DNA of 64,000 nt from NCBI GenBank assembly GCA_028716525.1, contig JAQUPQ010000019.1, positions 2,750-66,749 on the forward strand. The letters run 5' to 3'. Position 1 is the stretch's first letter; each line of letters opens with the position of its first letter. The notes under the pieces were generated by a model. It was not told where the DNA came from and did no database searches. It worked only from the letters and a program-made list of their open reading frames with translations. Below, piece after piece: positions 8,472 through 17,719 of this stretch. This DNA is from Terriglobia bacterium. Lineage in GTDB: Bacteria > Acidobacteriota > Terriglobia > JAIQFV01. The position numbers and the translations under genes are program-made.

Positions 8472-9656
8472 ATGGTGAAATCAATTCAATCTCAATCATT
8501 TTCAGAGGATACAGCAGGAAACCGCAGAAAGTGGCGCCCGGGCGGCAGTATCTTAGCCCTCCTTTTCCTGTTGGCGGCGTTTCTGCCGGCTGCGGCGTGT
8601 TCCAAGAAGGAAGCGGCAGCGGAACGAGCGGCCTCTGCGCCTCGGCCCGCGGTGCCCGTGACGGTGGCTTCGGTGGTTCAAAAGACCATTCCGGTGGAAC
8701 TCCACGCCATTGGCGCCGGCGAAGCGTATTCCACCGTGGCCGTCAAATCGATGATCAACGGCGAAATCACGAAGGTGAATTTCACGCAGGGCCAATTTGT
8801 GAAGAAAGGGGAGTTGTTGTTTAAAATCGACTCCCGGCCTTACGAAGCGGCCCTGAAACAGGCGGAGGCGAATCTGGCCCGCGATTTGGCTCAGCAGAAG
8901 AATGCCGAAGAGGAAGCCAGGCGTTCAGCCAACCTTTATGCCCAAGGCATCGTGCCGCAGCAACAAGCCGATCAAATGAAGGCCAATGCGGATGCCCTGG
9001 CGGCCTCGGCGGGAGCGGATCGGGCGGCCATTGAAAATGTCAAAGTCCAGTTGAGCTATTGTTCGATTTATTCCCCGATCGAAGGGCGCACCGGGAGTCT
9101 TTTGATTTATCCCGGAAACGTCGTCAAGGCTAATGACACCACTTCGCTCGTTATCATCAATCAAATTACACCTCTCTTTGTTACTTTTAGTGTCCCGGAG
9201 CAGTACCTTACAGAAATAAAGAGCCGCATTGGGGCTGGTCGAATGGAGGTGCGCGTCTCGATCCCGGGAACAGCCGGAAATCCCATTCGTGGAGCTCTTT
9301 CCTTTATCGACAACACCGTCGACAGCAATACCGGCACCATTCGTCTGAAGGCCACATTTCCGAACGGCGATCATCAATTGTGGCCGGGCCAGTTTGTCAA
9401 CGTGATTTTGCAGTTGAGCTCTCAGCCGAACACCGTTGTGGTTCCCACTCCCGCGATTCAAACGTCGCAGAGCGGATCTTTTGTCTTTGTGGTGAAGGAT
9501 GACCTCACCGTGGAGTCGCGACCGGTGGTGGTGGGCCGGGTTTTGGATGGAGAAACGTCCATCGACAAGGGGCTGGAGCCGGGTGAACGGGTCGTGACGG
9601 ACGGTCAATTGCGCCTCTCACCGGGCGCCAAAGTTCAAATCAAGAGTGGCGTGTGA
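8472..9656 (+). CDS. efflux RND transporter periplasmic adaptor subunit (MFP, AcrA/HlyD-like), probable lipoprotein
   Basis: 394-aa ORF with a lipobox-like LPAAAC after the signal segment. It has a coiled-coil hairpin region (AEANLARDLAQQKNAEEE...) and barrel-sandwich motifs, and is followed by the RND permease. Confidence 0.9.
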   Translation: MVKSIQSQSFSEDTAGNRRKWRPGGSILALLFLLAAFLPAAACSKKEAAAERAASAPRPAVPVTVASVVQKTIPVELHAIGAGEAYSTVAVKSMINGEITKVNFTQGQFVKKGELLFKIDSRPYEAALKQAEANLARDLAQQKNAEEEARRSANLYAQGIVPQQQADQMKANADALAASAGADRAAIENVKVQLSYCSIYSPIEGRTGSLLIYPGNVVKANDTTSLVIINQITPLFVTFSVPEQYLTEIKSRIGAGRMEVRVSIPGTAGNPIRGALSFIDNTVDSNTGTIRLKATFPNGDHQLWPGQFVNVILQLSSQPNTVVVPTPAIQTSQSGSFVFVVKDDLTVESRPVVVGRVLDGETSIDKGLEPGERVVTDGQLRLSPGAKVQIKSGV

Positions 9657-9675
9657 AGACGGAGATCGAGCTGCC

Positions 9676-12600
9676 ATGAATATTGCTGAAATTTTCATAC
9701 GCCGCCCCGTGATGACCACGCTGGTGATGTTGGCCATCGTGTTGTTCGGTTTGATCGGCTACCGTTTTCTTCCGGTCAGCGATTTGCCCAATGTCGATTT
9801 TCCCACGATCCTGGTGACGGCCGTTCTTCCCGGGGCCAGCCCTGAAACCATGGCCTCAGCCGTGGCCACACCTCTGGAACGCCAATTCTCCACGATTGCC
9901 GGCGTGGATTCGATGACCTCCACGAACGCCCAGGGCTCCTCGTCGATTACGCTGCAATTTACTCTGGACCGAAACATTGACGCGGCGGCGCAAGACGTTC
10001 AGGCCATGATTGCGAAAACACTCCGGCAACTGCCGCCCGACATGCCCAGCCCGCCGTCGTACCAAAAGGTGAATCCGGCCGACCAGCCGATCCTTTATCT
10101 GGCGTTGAACTCCGAAACCGTGCCGCTTTCCAAAGTGGATGATTATGCCGAAACATTGATGGCGCAGCGCATTTCCATGATCAGCGGCGTGGCCCAAGTG
10201 CAGGTGTTCGGGTCGCAGAAATATGCGGTGCGCATTCAGCTCGACCCCGAAGCTCTGGCGACGCGAAAGATCGGGATCAATGAGGTGGCTGCCGCCGTAC
10301 AGAATGCCAACGTCAATCTTCCCACGGGAACGCTGTGGGGAACACATCAAGCGTTCACCGTGGAGGCCAACGGACAGCTCAACGATGCCGTCGCCTACAA
10401 GCCGGTGATCGTGACCTACCAAAACGGATCTCCGGTGCGGCTCGAAGAACTGGGCCAGCTCATGGACAGCGTGGAAAACAACAAGATTGCGAGCTGGTAC
10501 AACCAGAAACGCGCCGTCGTCCTGGCCATCCAGCGCCAACCGGGCACCAACACGGTGGAAGTGGTGGATTCCATCAAGAATCTGCTGCCCACCTTTAGGA
10601 AGCTCATTCCCGCTTCGGTCAACCTCGACACACTCTATGACCGCTCGGTGTCGATCCGCGATTCCGTGAGCGACGTGAAATTCACGTTGCTTCTCACGAT
10701 CGGCCTGGTGGTCTTGGTCATTTTTCTTTTCCTGCGCAATATTTCCGCGACCATCATTCCCAGCCTGGCGCTGCCGATGTCGATCATCGGGACGTTCTCG
10801 GTGATGTATTTCCTGGATTACACCCTCGACAATTTCTCGATGTTGGCCTTGATCCTTTCGGTGGGATTTGTCGTGGATGACGCCATCGTAATGCTCGAAA
10901 ACATTGTGCGGCACATGGAAATGGGGGAGGGCGTCAGGGAAGCCGCGCTCAACGGATCGAGAGAAATCGGATTTACGATTTTATCGATGACCTTGTCGCT
11001 TGCGGCGGTGTTTATCCCGGTTCTTTTCATGGGCGGAATCGTGGGCCGATTGCTTCACGAGTTTGCCGTGGTCATCGGCATGGCCGTCCTGGTGTCGGGT
11101 TTTGTATCGTTGAGTTTGACGCCCTTGCTGTGCAGCCGATTCCTTCGGCCGCCCCAATCCCAGAAACACAGCCACATTTATCAGGTGTCGGAGCGGATGT
11201 TCGATGGACTGCGGCATGGATACGACTGGAGCCTAAAAAAAGTTTTGCGGTACCGTTTTGCGACGTTGATCCTATCTCTGGTGTTGATTGTGCTGACCGG
11301 GTATCTGTTTACAAAAGTTTCTTACGGGTTTCTCCCCAGTGAAGATACCGGGCAGATCTTTACCTTTACGGAAGCGGCCCAAGGAATTTCCTACGATGCC
11401 ATGGTCGCACACCAAAAAGCTTTGGCTCAGATCGTCAGCCAGGACCCCAACGTCGACTCCTTCATGTCGAGCATCGGCGCCGGAGGCGCCGGTCTGGCGG
11501 GCGGGGCCAACCAGGGGCGCATGTTCATTCGCCTCAAGCCGCGCAATGAACGCAAATTAAACGCCGATCAGATCATTCAGGAGCTCCGGCCGAAGCTGGC
11601 GACTATTCCCGGTATTCAAGCCTATCCGCAAAACCTTCCACCCATTCGCATCGGCGGCCAGTTGACGAAGAGTCAGTACCAGTTGACCTTGCAGAGTCCC
11701 GACACCGCCGATCTGTACCAGAGCGCCATCCAGCTGGAAGGGAAGATGCGTGATATGCCGATTTTGCAGGACGTGGCCAGCGATTTGCAGATTAAAAATC
11801 CGCAGGTCAACGTCATGATCAATCGCGATCAGGCTTCGGCCCTGGGCGTTTCGGCCCAGCAGATTGAGGACGCCCTGTTCACCGCCTATGGCTCGCGGCA
11901 AATTTCGACCATCTTCGCCCCCAATAATGAATACCAAGTCATTATGGAATTGTTGCCGAAATATCAGATGAACCCGGCTTCGCTGGATTTGCTTTACATT
12001 CGATCCTCGAGCGGACAGCTGGTTCCTTTGAAGGTGGTCGCCGACCTTCAACAGACGGTCGGGCCGTTGACCATTAATCATCTGGGACAATTGCCGTCGG
12101 TGACCTTGTCGTTCAACCTTCGCCCGGGCGTGGCTCTGTCAGACGCTGTCGATCAGGTCTACAAGCAGGCTTCCAACGTCTTGCCGTCCACCATCAGCTA
12201 CAGCTTCCAAGGGACTGCACAGGCCTTCGAGAGTTCGTTCAAAGGTCTCGGCGTGCTGCTCGTCATGGCCATCCTGGTGATTTACATTGTGCTGGGGATT
12301 TTATACGAGAGTTTCGTTCACCCCCTGACCATTCTGTCGGGTCTTCCTTCCGCCGGTTTGGGGGCGTTGTTGACATTAATGCTCTTTCGTACCGAAGTAA
12401 GCATTTATGCTTTTGTCGGCATCATCATGTTGGTCGGTATCGTGAAGAAGAATGCCATCATGATGATCGACTTCGCATTGGATGCACAGCGCGGGCAAGG
12501 CAAAGACCCCTTGAACGCCATTTATCAAGGGTGTCTCATCCGTTTCCGCCCCATCATGATGACCACCATGGCGGCCTTGATGGGCACGCTTCCTATTGCT

Positions 12601-12831
12601 CTGGGGTTCGGTGCGGGGGCAGAATCGCGGCGCCCCTTGGGATTGGCTGTGGTCGGCGGATTGGTGGTTTCCCAGCTTTTGACTCTCTACATTACTCCTG
12701 TCTACTTTGTGTATCTGGAGGCCGCACGACGGGGCGTGAATCGGTTCTTCCATCGCGGCCAGGTGGATCACGATTCTGAACCTCTCGGTTCCATGGTGAT
12801 TGAAGAACTCACGACCGTGGAGCCCCGTTGA
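9676..12831 (+). CDS. RND multidrug efflux permease (AcrB/MdtB/MdtC family)
   Basis: The track ORF is 9646-12831. I chose ATG 9676 because MNIAEIFIRRPVMTTLVM is the canonical RND N-terminus. The protein is about 1051 aa with two large periplasmic loops and a 12-TM layout. Confidence 0.93.
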   Translation: MNIAEIFIRRPVMTTLVMLAIVLFGLIGYRFLPVSDLPNVDFPTILVTAVLPGASPETMASAVATPLERQFSTIAGVDSMTSTNAQGSSSITLQFTLDRNIDAAAQDVQAMIAKTLRQLPPDMPSPPSYQKVNPADQPILYLALNSETVPLSKVDDYAETLMAQRISMISGVAQVQVFGSQKYAVRIQLDPEALATRKIGINEVAAAVQNANVNLPTGTLWGTHQAFTVEANGQLNDAVAYKPVIVTYQNGSPVRLEELGQLMDSVENNKIASWYNQKRAVVLAIQRQPGTNTVEVVDSIKNLLPTFRKLIPASVNLDTLYDRSVSIRDSVSDVKFTLLLTIGLVVLVIFLFLRNISATIIPSLALPMSIIGTFSVMYFLDYTLDNFSMLALILSVGFVVDDAIVMLENIVRHMEMGEGVREAALNGSREIGFTILSMTLSLAAVFIPVLFMGGIVGRLLHEFAVVIGMAVLVSGFVSLSLTPLLCSRFLRPPQSQKHSHIYQVSERMFDGLRHGYDWSLKKVLRYRFATLILSLVLIVLTGYLFTKVSYGFLPSEDTGQIFTFTEAAQGISYDAMVAHQKALAQIVSQDPNVDSFMSSIGAGGAGLAGGANQGRMFIRLKPRNERKLNADQIIQELRPKLATIPGIQAYPQNLPPIRIGGQLTKSQYQLTLQSPDTADLYQSAIQLEGKMRDMPILQDVASDLQIKNPQVNVMINRDQASALGVSAQQIEDALFTAYGSRQISTIFAPNNEYQVIMELLPKYQMNPASLDLLYIRSSSGQLVPLKVVADLQQTVGPLTINHLGQLPSVTLSFNLRPGVALSDAVDQVYKQASNVLPSTISYSFQGTAQAFESSFKGLGVLLVMAILVIYIVLGILYESFVHPLTILSGLPSAGLGALLTLMLFRTEVSIYAFVGIIMLVGIVKKNAIMMIDFALDAQRGQGKDPLNAIYQGCLIRFRPIMMTTMAALMGTLPIALGFGAGAESRRPLGLAVVGGLVVSQLLTLYITPVYFVYLEAARRGVNRFFHRGQVDHDSEPLGSMVIEELTTVEPR

Positions 12832-12895
12832 AGGCGTTTCTTCAAGCCGTCACCCGGGCGAAGCGTTTGAAAGGTTGTTGAGCACAGAAGGTTGC

Positions 12896-12958
12896 AAAAA
12901 AATGGCGCTTGCGCATCCCCAAAAGAATGCGAAGCGCCATATGTTTTTCGCTGAGACT
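12896..12958. terminator. bidirectional rho-independent terminator between convergent genes
   Basis: AAAAAAA-ATGGCGCTTGCGCAT-ccccaaaaga-ATGCGAAGCGCCAT-ATGTTTTT. The GC-rich stem of about 14 bp is flanked by an A-run and a T-run. Confidence 0.7.
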
Positions 12959-13898
12959 ACTTCTTTGACGTCGAGGCGCTGGTTTGGTTTTGAACTCGAA
13001 ACTGCATCTGCGTCCCCGAATCCAAATGAAGATTTCCTTTCTTCGTGCTGAACACCGATGAAGACCCTGCTTGTCCGCTGGCCTGAGTATTGGAACTGAG
13101 TTGGATCATGCGCCGTGGAGTTTCAACGGTTGCTCCGGTCAGATTTCCGAGGGTCGCGGATGTAGAACCCGTTACAGAGCCTGCGGTTCCCGTAACTCCT
13201 TGGGCCGTCCCTGAGACGGCGCCCGTGGTGTTGTTGATAGCAGGTCCCAAGGTTCCGGTGGCCGAATTAGCGGTCGATCCGACTCCGCCAAGTAAGCCGC
13301 CGCCTGATCCTCGGGCGGTCGTAGTGGAGCTGCCGCTGGCTCCCATGGAGCCTGTGGCCATCGGTTCTGCGGGCATCATCATGGGCTCGGATTGCGGTTG
13401 AGTTTGTTCTCGGGGCGTCGACACGATCGTGCTCACGGTCGTGGTCAAATTTGAAACGGACTGACCTTGTGCCAACTGGTTGAATTCGACTCCCAGGCTC
13501 GAAGATCCATTAGCGTCGGCTGCGGCTTGTGCTGAGCTGACATGACCGATGAGTCGATCTCCTTTGTGAATGACCACCTTGCCGTCCTGCTTGACGTTCT
13601 TGGTTACACGAGCGGCCACCTGGTCTCCCGGCTTAGCGGTTCTCGCGTCAATCGTGGATTCGAGAACAGCGTCGACCTTCGTGTTATTGGACACGTTGAC
13701 TTGCTGCCCGTTGGCAGAAGCCGTCGCCGTTGAAGATTGGGTCGATTGGGCATTTTGAGTCGCTGCTGTACCTGTCTGAGACTGCTGCGAAGTGGCCTTC
13801 TGCGGCATTTGTGCGTTCAGTGGAGAACTCATGGCGACTGACACCGCCATGCTCAAACCTGCCAAAGGAAGGAGTCTCAAAAATTTAGATCCTTTCAT
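12957..13898 (-). CDS. secreted low-complexity (Ser/Thr/Gly/Gln/Ala-rich) hypothetical protein
   Basis: I chose the start at ATG 13898, which has GGAGG 5 nt upstream (the track start is TTG 13910). The signal peptide is MKGSKFLRLLPLAGLSMAVSVAMSSPLNAQ. One ordered segment (VDAVLESTIDARTAKPGDQVAARVTKNVKQDGKVVIHKGDRLIGHV) sits between low-complexity tracts. Confidence 0.65.
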   Translation of the reverse strand: MKGSKFLRLLPLAGLSMAVSVAMSSPLNAQMPQKATSQQSQTGTAATQNAQSTQSSTATASANGQQVNVSNNTKVDAVLESTIDARTAKPGDQVAARVTKNVKQDGKVVIHKGDRLIGHVSSAQAAADANGSSSLGVEFNQLAQGQSVSNLTTTVSTIVSTPREQTQPQSEPMMMPAEPMATGSMGASGSSTTTARGSGGGLLGGVGSTANSATGTLGPAINNTTGAVSGTAQGVTGTAGSVTGSTSATLGNLTGATVETPRRMIQLSSNTQASGQAGSSSVFSTKKGNLHLDSGTQMQFRVQNQTSASTSKK

Positions 13899-14509
13899 GG
13901 GTACCTCCAATCTCTAAAATTTGCAGTTGCAGCTGCTTACCACTGCAACTTCTTAGACACTACCTCATTACTTACGAAAGCATGTTGTTTGCCAAAGAGC
14001 CCCGCTTCTAATGAGCAGAAAAATAATGGGTTTCGAATCAGTTTACAGATGTAGACAGGAAATTCTTTGGCGACGCGGGGAATTCTTCCAGGGTCGGCAG
14101 GTCTCAAGCCGTAAATTTGTTTTTTGATCGAGGCACTGCGTAGTCAGAGTTTCGCCTAAGAAAGTCACTGGAAATCTGCGATAGTACGCAAGACATCTTG
14201 CGGCCGTTTGCATTTCCAAATCTCCAATACCAGATACGGGCGCCGGCTCTCTAATTGTATAAGCCCGCGTGCCGGGATCTGACGGAGTCATCGCGGCCCC
14301 TCTCCTTGACGATTTTCAGGTCGGGTCGTACACTGCTCGACGGTGCGCAGAGGGTGCGTTCAAGGGTTGAAACGGGACACGGCTATTGTTATTCGCTCCC
14401 TGCGCATAATTCTCATCGAAGAATTGTAGAATGCCGCCTAAAAATCTGAAATCGCGCCATTTCAAATTTCCAAATGCTTTCTTATTCTTAAAACAGATGG
14501 AGATTCTCA

Positions 14510-17233
14510 ATGCCTCATAGCCTATTTGATTCTTTCCAGCTCCTGAAAATTTCGTCCGGCAAAAGCGGTCACTTTTATTCACTCCCGCAACTTGAAAAAA
14601 AAGGGCTGGGACCCATTTCCCGCCTTCCCGTCAGCATTCGAATTGTATTGGAGTCCGTGCTCAGGAATTTTGATGGCACTCGCATCACTGAACAGAACGT
14701 GCGGGACCTGGCAGGCTGGAAGCCGCAGGCTGGGCGAACCGAAGAAATTCCGTTCGTTGTGGCCCGAATACTTCTTCAGGACTTTACTGGAGTCCCCTTG
14801 CTGGTGGATCTTGCCGCCATGCGTTCGGCCGTGGCCAAACTGGGGAAGAAGGTGGAGGCCATTGAACCCTCCGTGCGCGTTGATCTGGTGATCGATCACT
14901 CCGTCCAGGTGGATGTGGCCAGCACTTCCGAAGCGTTCCAGAAGAATATGGAGATGGAGTTTTATCGCAACAAGCCGCGCTATCAGTTTCTGAAGTGGGG
15001 CATGCAAGCCTTTCACAATTTTCATGTCATTCCTCCCGGGATTGGAATTTGCCATCAGGTCAACCTGGAGTATCTGGCGGCGGGAGTCCAGGAAAGCAAC
15101 GGCATTTTCTATCCCGACTCCCTGGTCGGCACGGATTCTCACACCACCATGATCAACGGATTGGGGGTGGTCGGTTGGGGCGTGGGAGGAATCGAAGCGG
15201 AAGCCGGCATGCTGGGCCAGCCGGTGTATTTCCTCACGCCGGATGTGGTAGGCGTCCACATGAGCGGAAAACTGCGCGAGGGCGTTACCGCCACCGATCT
15301 CGTGCTGCATGTGACGGAGATGTTGCGGAAGGCCAAAGTGGTTGGAAAATTTGTGGAGTATTTTGGCGAAGGGGCCGCCTCGCTGGCCGTGACCGACCGC
15401 GCTACCCTCGCCAACATGTCGCCGGAATACGGCGCCACCATGGGGTATTTTCCCGTCGATGAGGAAACTTGTTCCTATTATCTGGCCACGGGCCGCAGTC
15501 CCGAACGAGTGAACCTGATTCGAGAGTATTTCAAAGCCCAAGGAATGTTTGGAATTCCCCGCCTGGGGCAGTGCGACTATACCCAGGTGTTGGAGTTGCC
15601 TCTGGAAGAAGTGCAACCGGGCGTCGCAGGACCCAAACGCCCTCAAGATCACATCCCGCTGCCGCGGCTGAAAGAAAAGTTTTTCGATCTTTTGCAACGG
15701 CCGGTTTCCGAAAACGGGTACAACAAGCCGAAAGATCAACTCCAAGAGCGTTATCCGGTGACCTTTTCAAAGAACGGCAGCGGACCGGTCAAAGAGATAT
15801 CCAGCGATCTGGGGCACGGTGATGTCTTGATTGCCGCCATTACTTCCTGCACCAATACTTCGAATCCCAGCGTCATGCTGGCTGCCGGGCTGCTGGCGAA
15901 GAAAGCGGTTGAGAAGGGTTTGTCCGTCAACCCGAAGGTGAAGACCTCCCTCGCGCCGGGCTCCCGGGTGGTGACGGATTATCTGGCCAAGACCGGACTG
16001 CAGCCTTACCTTGATCAGTTGGGCTTTAACTTGGTCGGATACGGCTGCACGACGTGCATCGGAAACTCCGGTCCCCTGAACCCCGACATCGAGTCGGTGG
16101 TAACCGGCCATGATGTCGTGACCGCCAGCGTCTTGAGCGGCAATCGAAACTTTGAAGCCCGGATTCATCCCAACATCAAAGCGAATTTCCTGATGAGCCC
16201 TCCGCTGGTGGTGGCGTTCGCGCTGGCGGGTACGGTGGAGATTGATCTGGCCAACGAGCCTTTGGGACATGGAAAAAAGAATGAACCGGTTTATCTGCGC
16301 GACATCTGGCCGAGCAGCGAAGAAATCCGAAAGGTCCTTCAGGCTTCCCTGGATGCGGAAACTTATCGCAGGCGGTATAGCGATTTCTCTCAGGAGAATC
16401 CCTTGTGGAATGAAATACCGAGCCCCTCGGGTGCGGTCTACCAATGGGACCGGGAATCGACTTACATTCAGGAACCACCGTTCTTTTCAGGTTTTCCCGT
16501 CCAGCCGAAGCCGGTTCACGAAATTCATGGAGCCCGGCCCCTGGCGGTCTTCGGCGATTCCATCACCACCGATCACATCAGTCCCGCAGGCTCCATTAAA
16601 TCCAGTTCTCCGGCGGGACGTTATCTGCAGGAGCGCGGAGTGGCGCCGGTCGATTTCAACAGTTATGGATCGCGCCGCGGAAACGATCGAGTTATGACAC
16701 GCGGCACCTTTGCCAATGTCCGGATCAAGAATCTGATGACCCCGGGTATCGAGGGCGGGGTGACGCTGCATTTACCCGAAGCCGCGCAAATGAGCATTTA
16801 TGATGCGGCCATGAAATACAAGGAAGAGGACGTGCCGTTGATGGTCTTCGCCGGTCAGGAATATGGGAGCGGAAGTTCGCGCGACTGGGCCGCTAAAGGC
16901 ACTTTACTCCTGGGCGTGAAAGCGGTCGTGGCTCAAAGCTTTGAACGGATTCACCGCAGTAACCTGGTGCAGATGGGTGTGCTTCCCTGTCAGTTCCAGG
17001 ACGGATCAAACTCTCAGATGCTTCATTTGAACGGCACCGAGATATTCGATCTGGTGGGATACGAAAAGGGAATCACACCCCGGAAGGAATTGACTTTAGT
17101 CATCCATCGGGCGGACGGCACCTCCGAGCGCGTTCCGGTCATCGCGCGCATCGACACCCACGTGGAAGTCGAATACTTCCGTCATGGCGGCATCTTGCCG
17201 TACATGTTGCGCCAGCTGGCAGGGAAAAACTAA
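14510..17233 (+). CDS. acnA: aconitate hydratase A
   Basis: 907-aa ORF with GGAG 7 nt upstream. It carries the aconitase/IRP signatures ([43 protein letters not shown]) and has the length typical of AcnA. Confidence 0.95.
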   Translation: MPHSLFDSFQLLKISSGKSGHFYSLPQLEKKGLGPISRLPVSIRIVLESVLRNFDGTRITEQNVRDLAGWKPQAGRTEEIPFVVARILLQDFTGVPLLVDLAAMRSAVAKLGKKVEAIEPSVRVDLVIDHSVQVDVASTSEAFQKNMEMEFYRNKPRYQFLKWGMQAFHNFHVIPPGIGICHQVNLEYLAAGVQESNGIFYPDSLVGTDSHTTMINGLGVVGWGVGGIEAEAGMLGQPVYFLTPDVVGVHMSGKLREGVTATDLVLHVTEMLRKAKVVGKFVEYFGEGAASLAVTDRATLANMSPEYGATMGYFPVDEETCSYYLATGRSPERVNLIREYFKAQGMFGIPRLGQCDYTQVLELPLEEVQPGVAGPKRPQDHIPLPRLKEKFFDLLQRPVSENGYNKPKDQLQERYPVTFSKNGSGPVKEISSDLGHGDVLIAAITSCTNTSNPSVMLAAGLLAKKAVEKGLSVNPKVKTSLAPGSRVVTDYLAKTGLQPYLDQLGFNLVGYGCTTCIGNSGPLNPDIESVVTGHDVVTASVLSGNRNFEARIHPNIKANFLMSPPLVVAFALAGTVEIDLANEPLGHGKKNEPVYLRDIWPSSEEIRKVLQASLDAETYRRRYSDFSQENPLWNEIPSPSGAVYQWDRESTYIQEPPFFSGFPVQPKPVHEIHGARPLAVFGDSITTDHISPAGSIKSSSPAGRYLQERGVAPVDFNSYGSRRGNDRVMTRGTFANVRIKNLMTPGIEGGVTLHLPEAAQMSIYDAAMKYKEEDVPLMVFAGQEYGSGSSRDWAAKGTLLLGVKAVVAQSFERIHRSNLVQMGVLPCQFQDGSNSQMLHLNGTEIFDLVGYEKGITPRKELTLVIHRADGTSERVPVIARIDTHVEVEYFRHGGILPYMLRQLAGKN

Positions 17234-17596
17234 TCGGTTGTTGTGGTCGCCGGGATACGGCGGTCTTTGCGTGTCCCCGGCCGATGGTGATCGATGAAGT
17301 TGGGTTTGTCGTTTTCGCAGCCAATCCGGGATGCTCCAAAGAACAGAGCATCCCGGCTACCACTCTGCGCGATCTCCGCGTCCTCCGCGCCTCTGCGGTG
17401 AGAGAAAAGAGGCCAAAACGTTATTGTTTTTCTCTTTTTGTTCTGAGCCCCGTTCACGGGGCGACAGAGATTCCAGATACCGACTTAATTCTGCTCCCCT
17501 CAAGGGGCAGCCGGTAGAAACCAAGCCCCGTGAACGGGACTATAAAGAATCAATTGATTGGTTGAATTCGTCCCCTCCGATAAATCGGCGGGCTGA

Positions 17597-17622
17597 GGAA
17601 AAGCAAGTCCGCTGAAGCGGAC
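17597..17622 (-). terminator. possible rho-independent terminator for the DUF1800 gene
   Basis: The minus strand reads GTCCGC-ttca-GCGGAC followed by TTGCTTTTCC, about 100 nt after the stop at 17720. Confidence 0.4.
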
Positions 17623-17719
17623 TCGAACCGAGACCGTTCTTCGGAGACACTCGTGTTTTAGAGAATTTCTCAGATCTTGTTACGCTGGAAGATTTTCGTT
17701 TTTTGACTGGACTGAACCT

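Noticed and set aside
9856-10914. 352-aa minus-strand ORF, plus several shorter ones inside 9646-12831
   Set aside because: It is antisense to the RND permease. The sequence is His/Arg/Gly-rich junk (HRERPDDRHRQRQAGNDGRG...).
14579-15745. 388-aa minus-strand ORF, plus the 225-aa ORF at 15767-16444
   Set aside because: Both are antisense to acnA, which is unambiguous. Neither shows any motif.
17597-17665. tRNA-like fragment (GCGGACTCGAACCG resembles the complement of a T-arm or acceptor end)
   Set aside because: I could not build an acceptor stem, D-arm or anticodon arm on either strand. The T-stem would have only 3 bp. It is more likely a terminator hairpin or REP.
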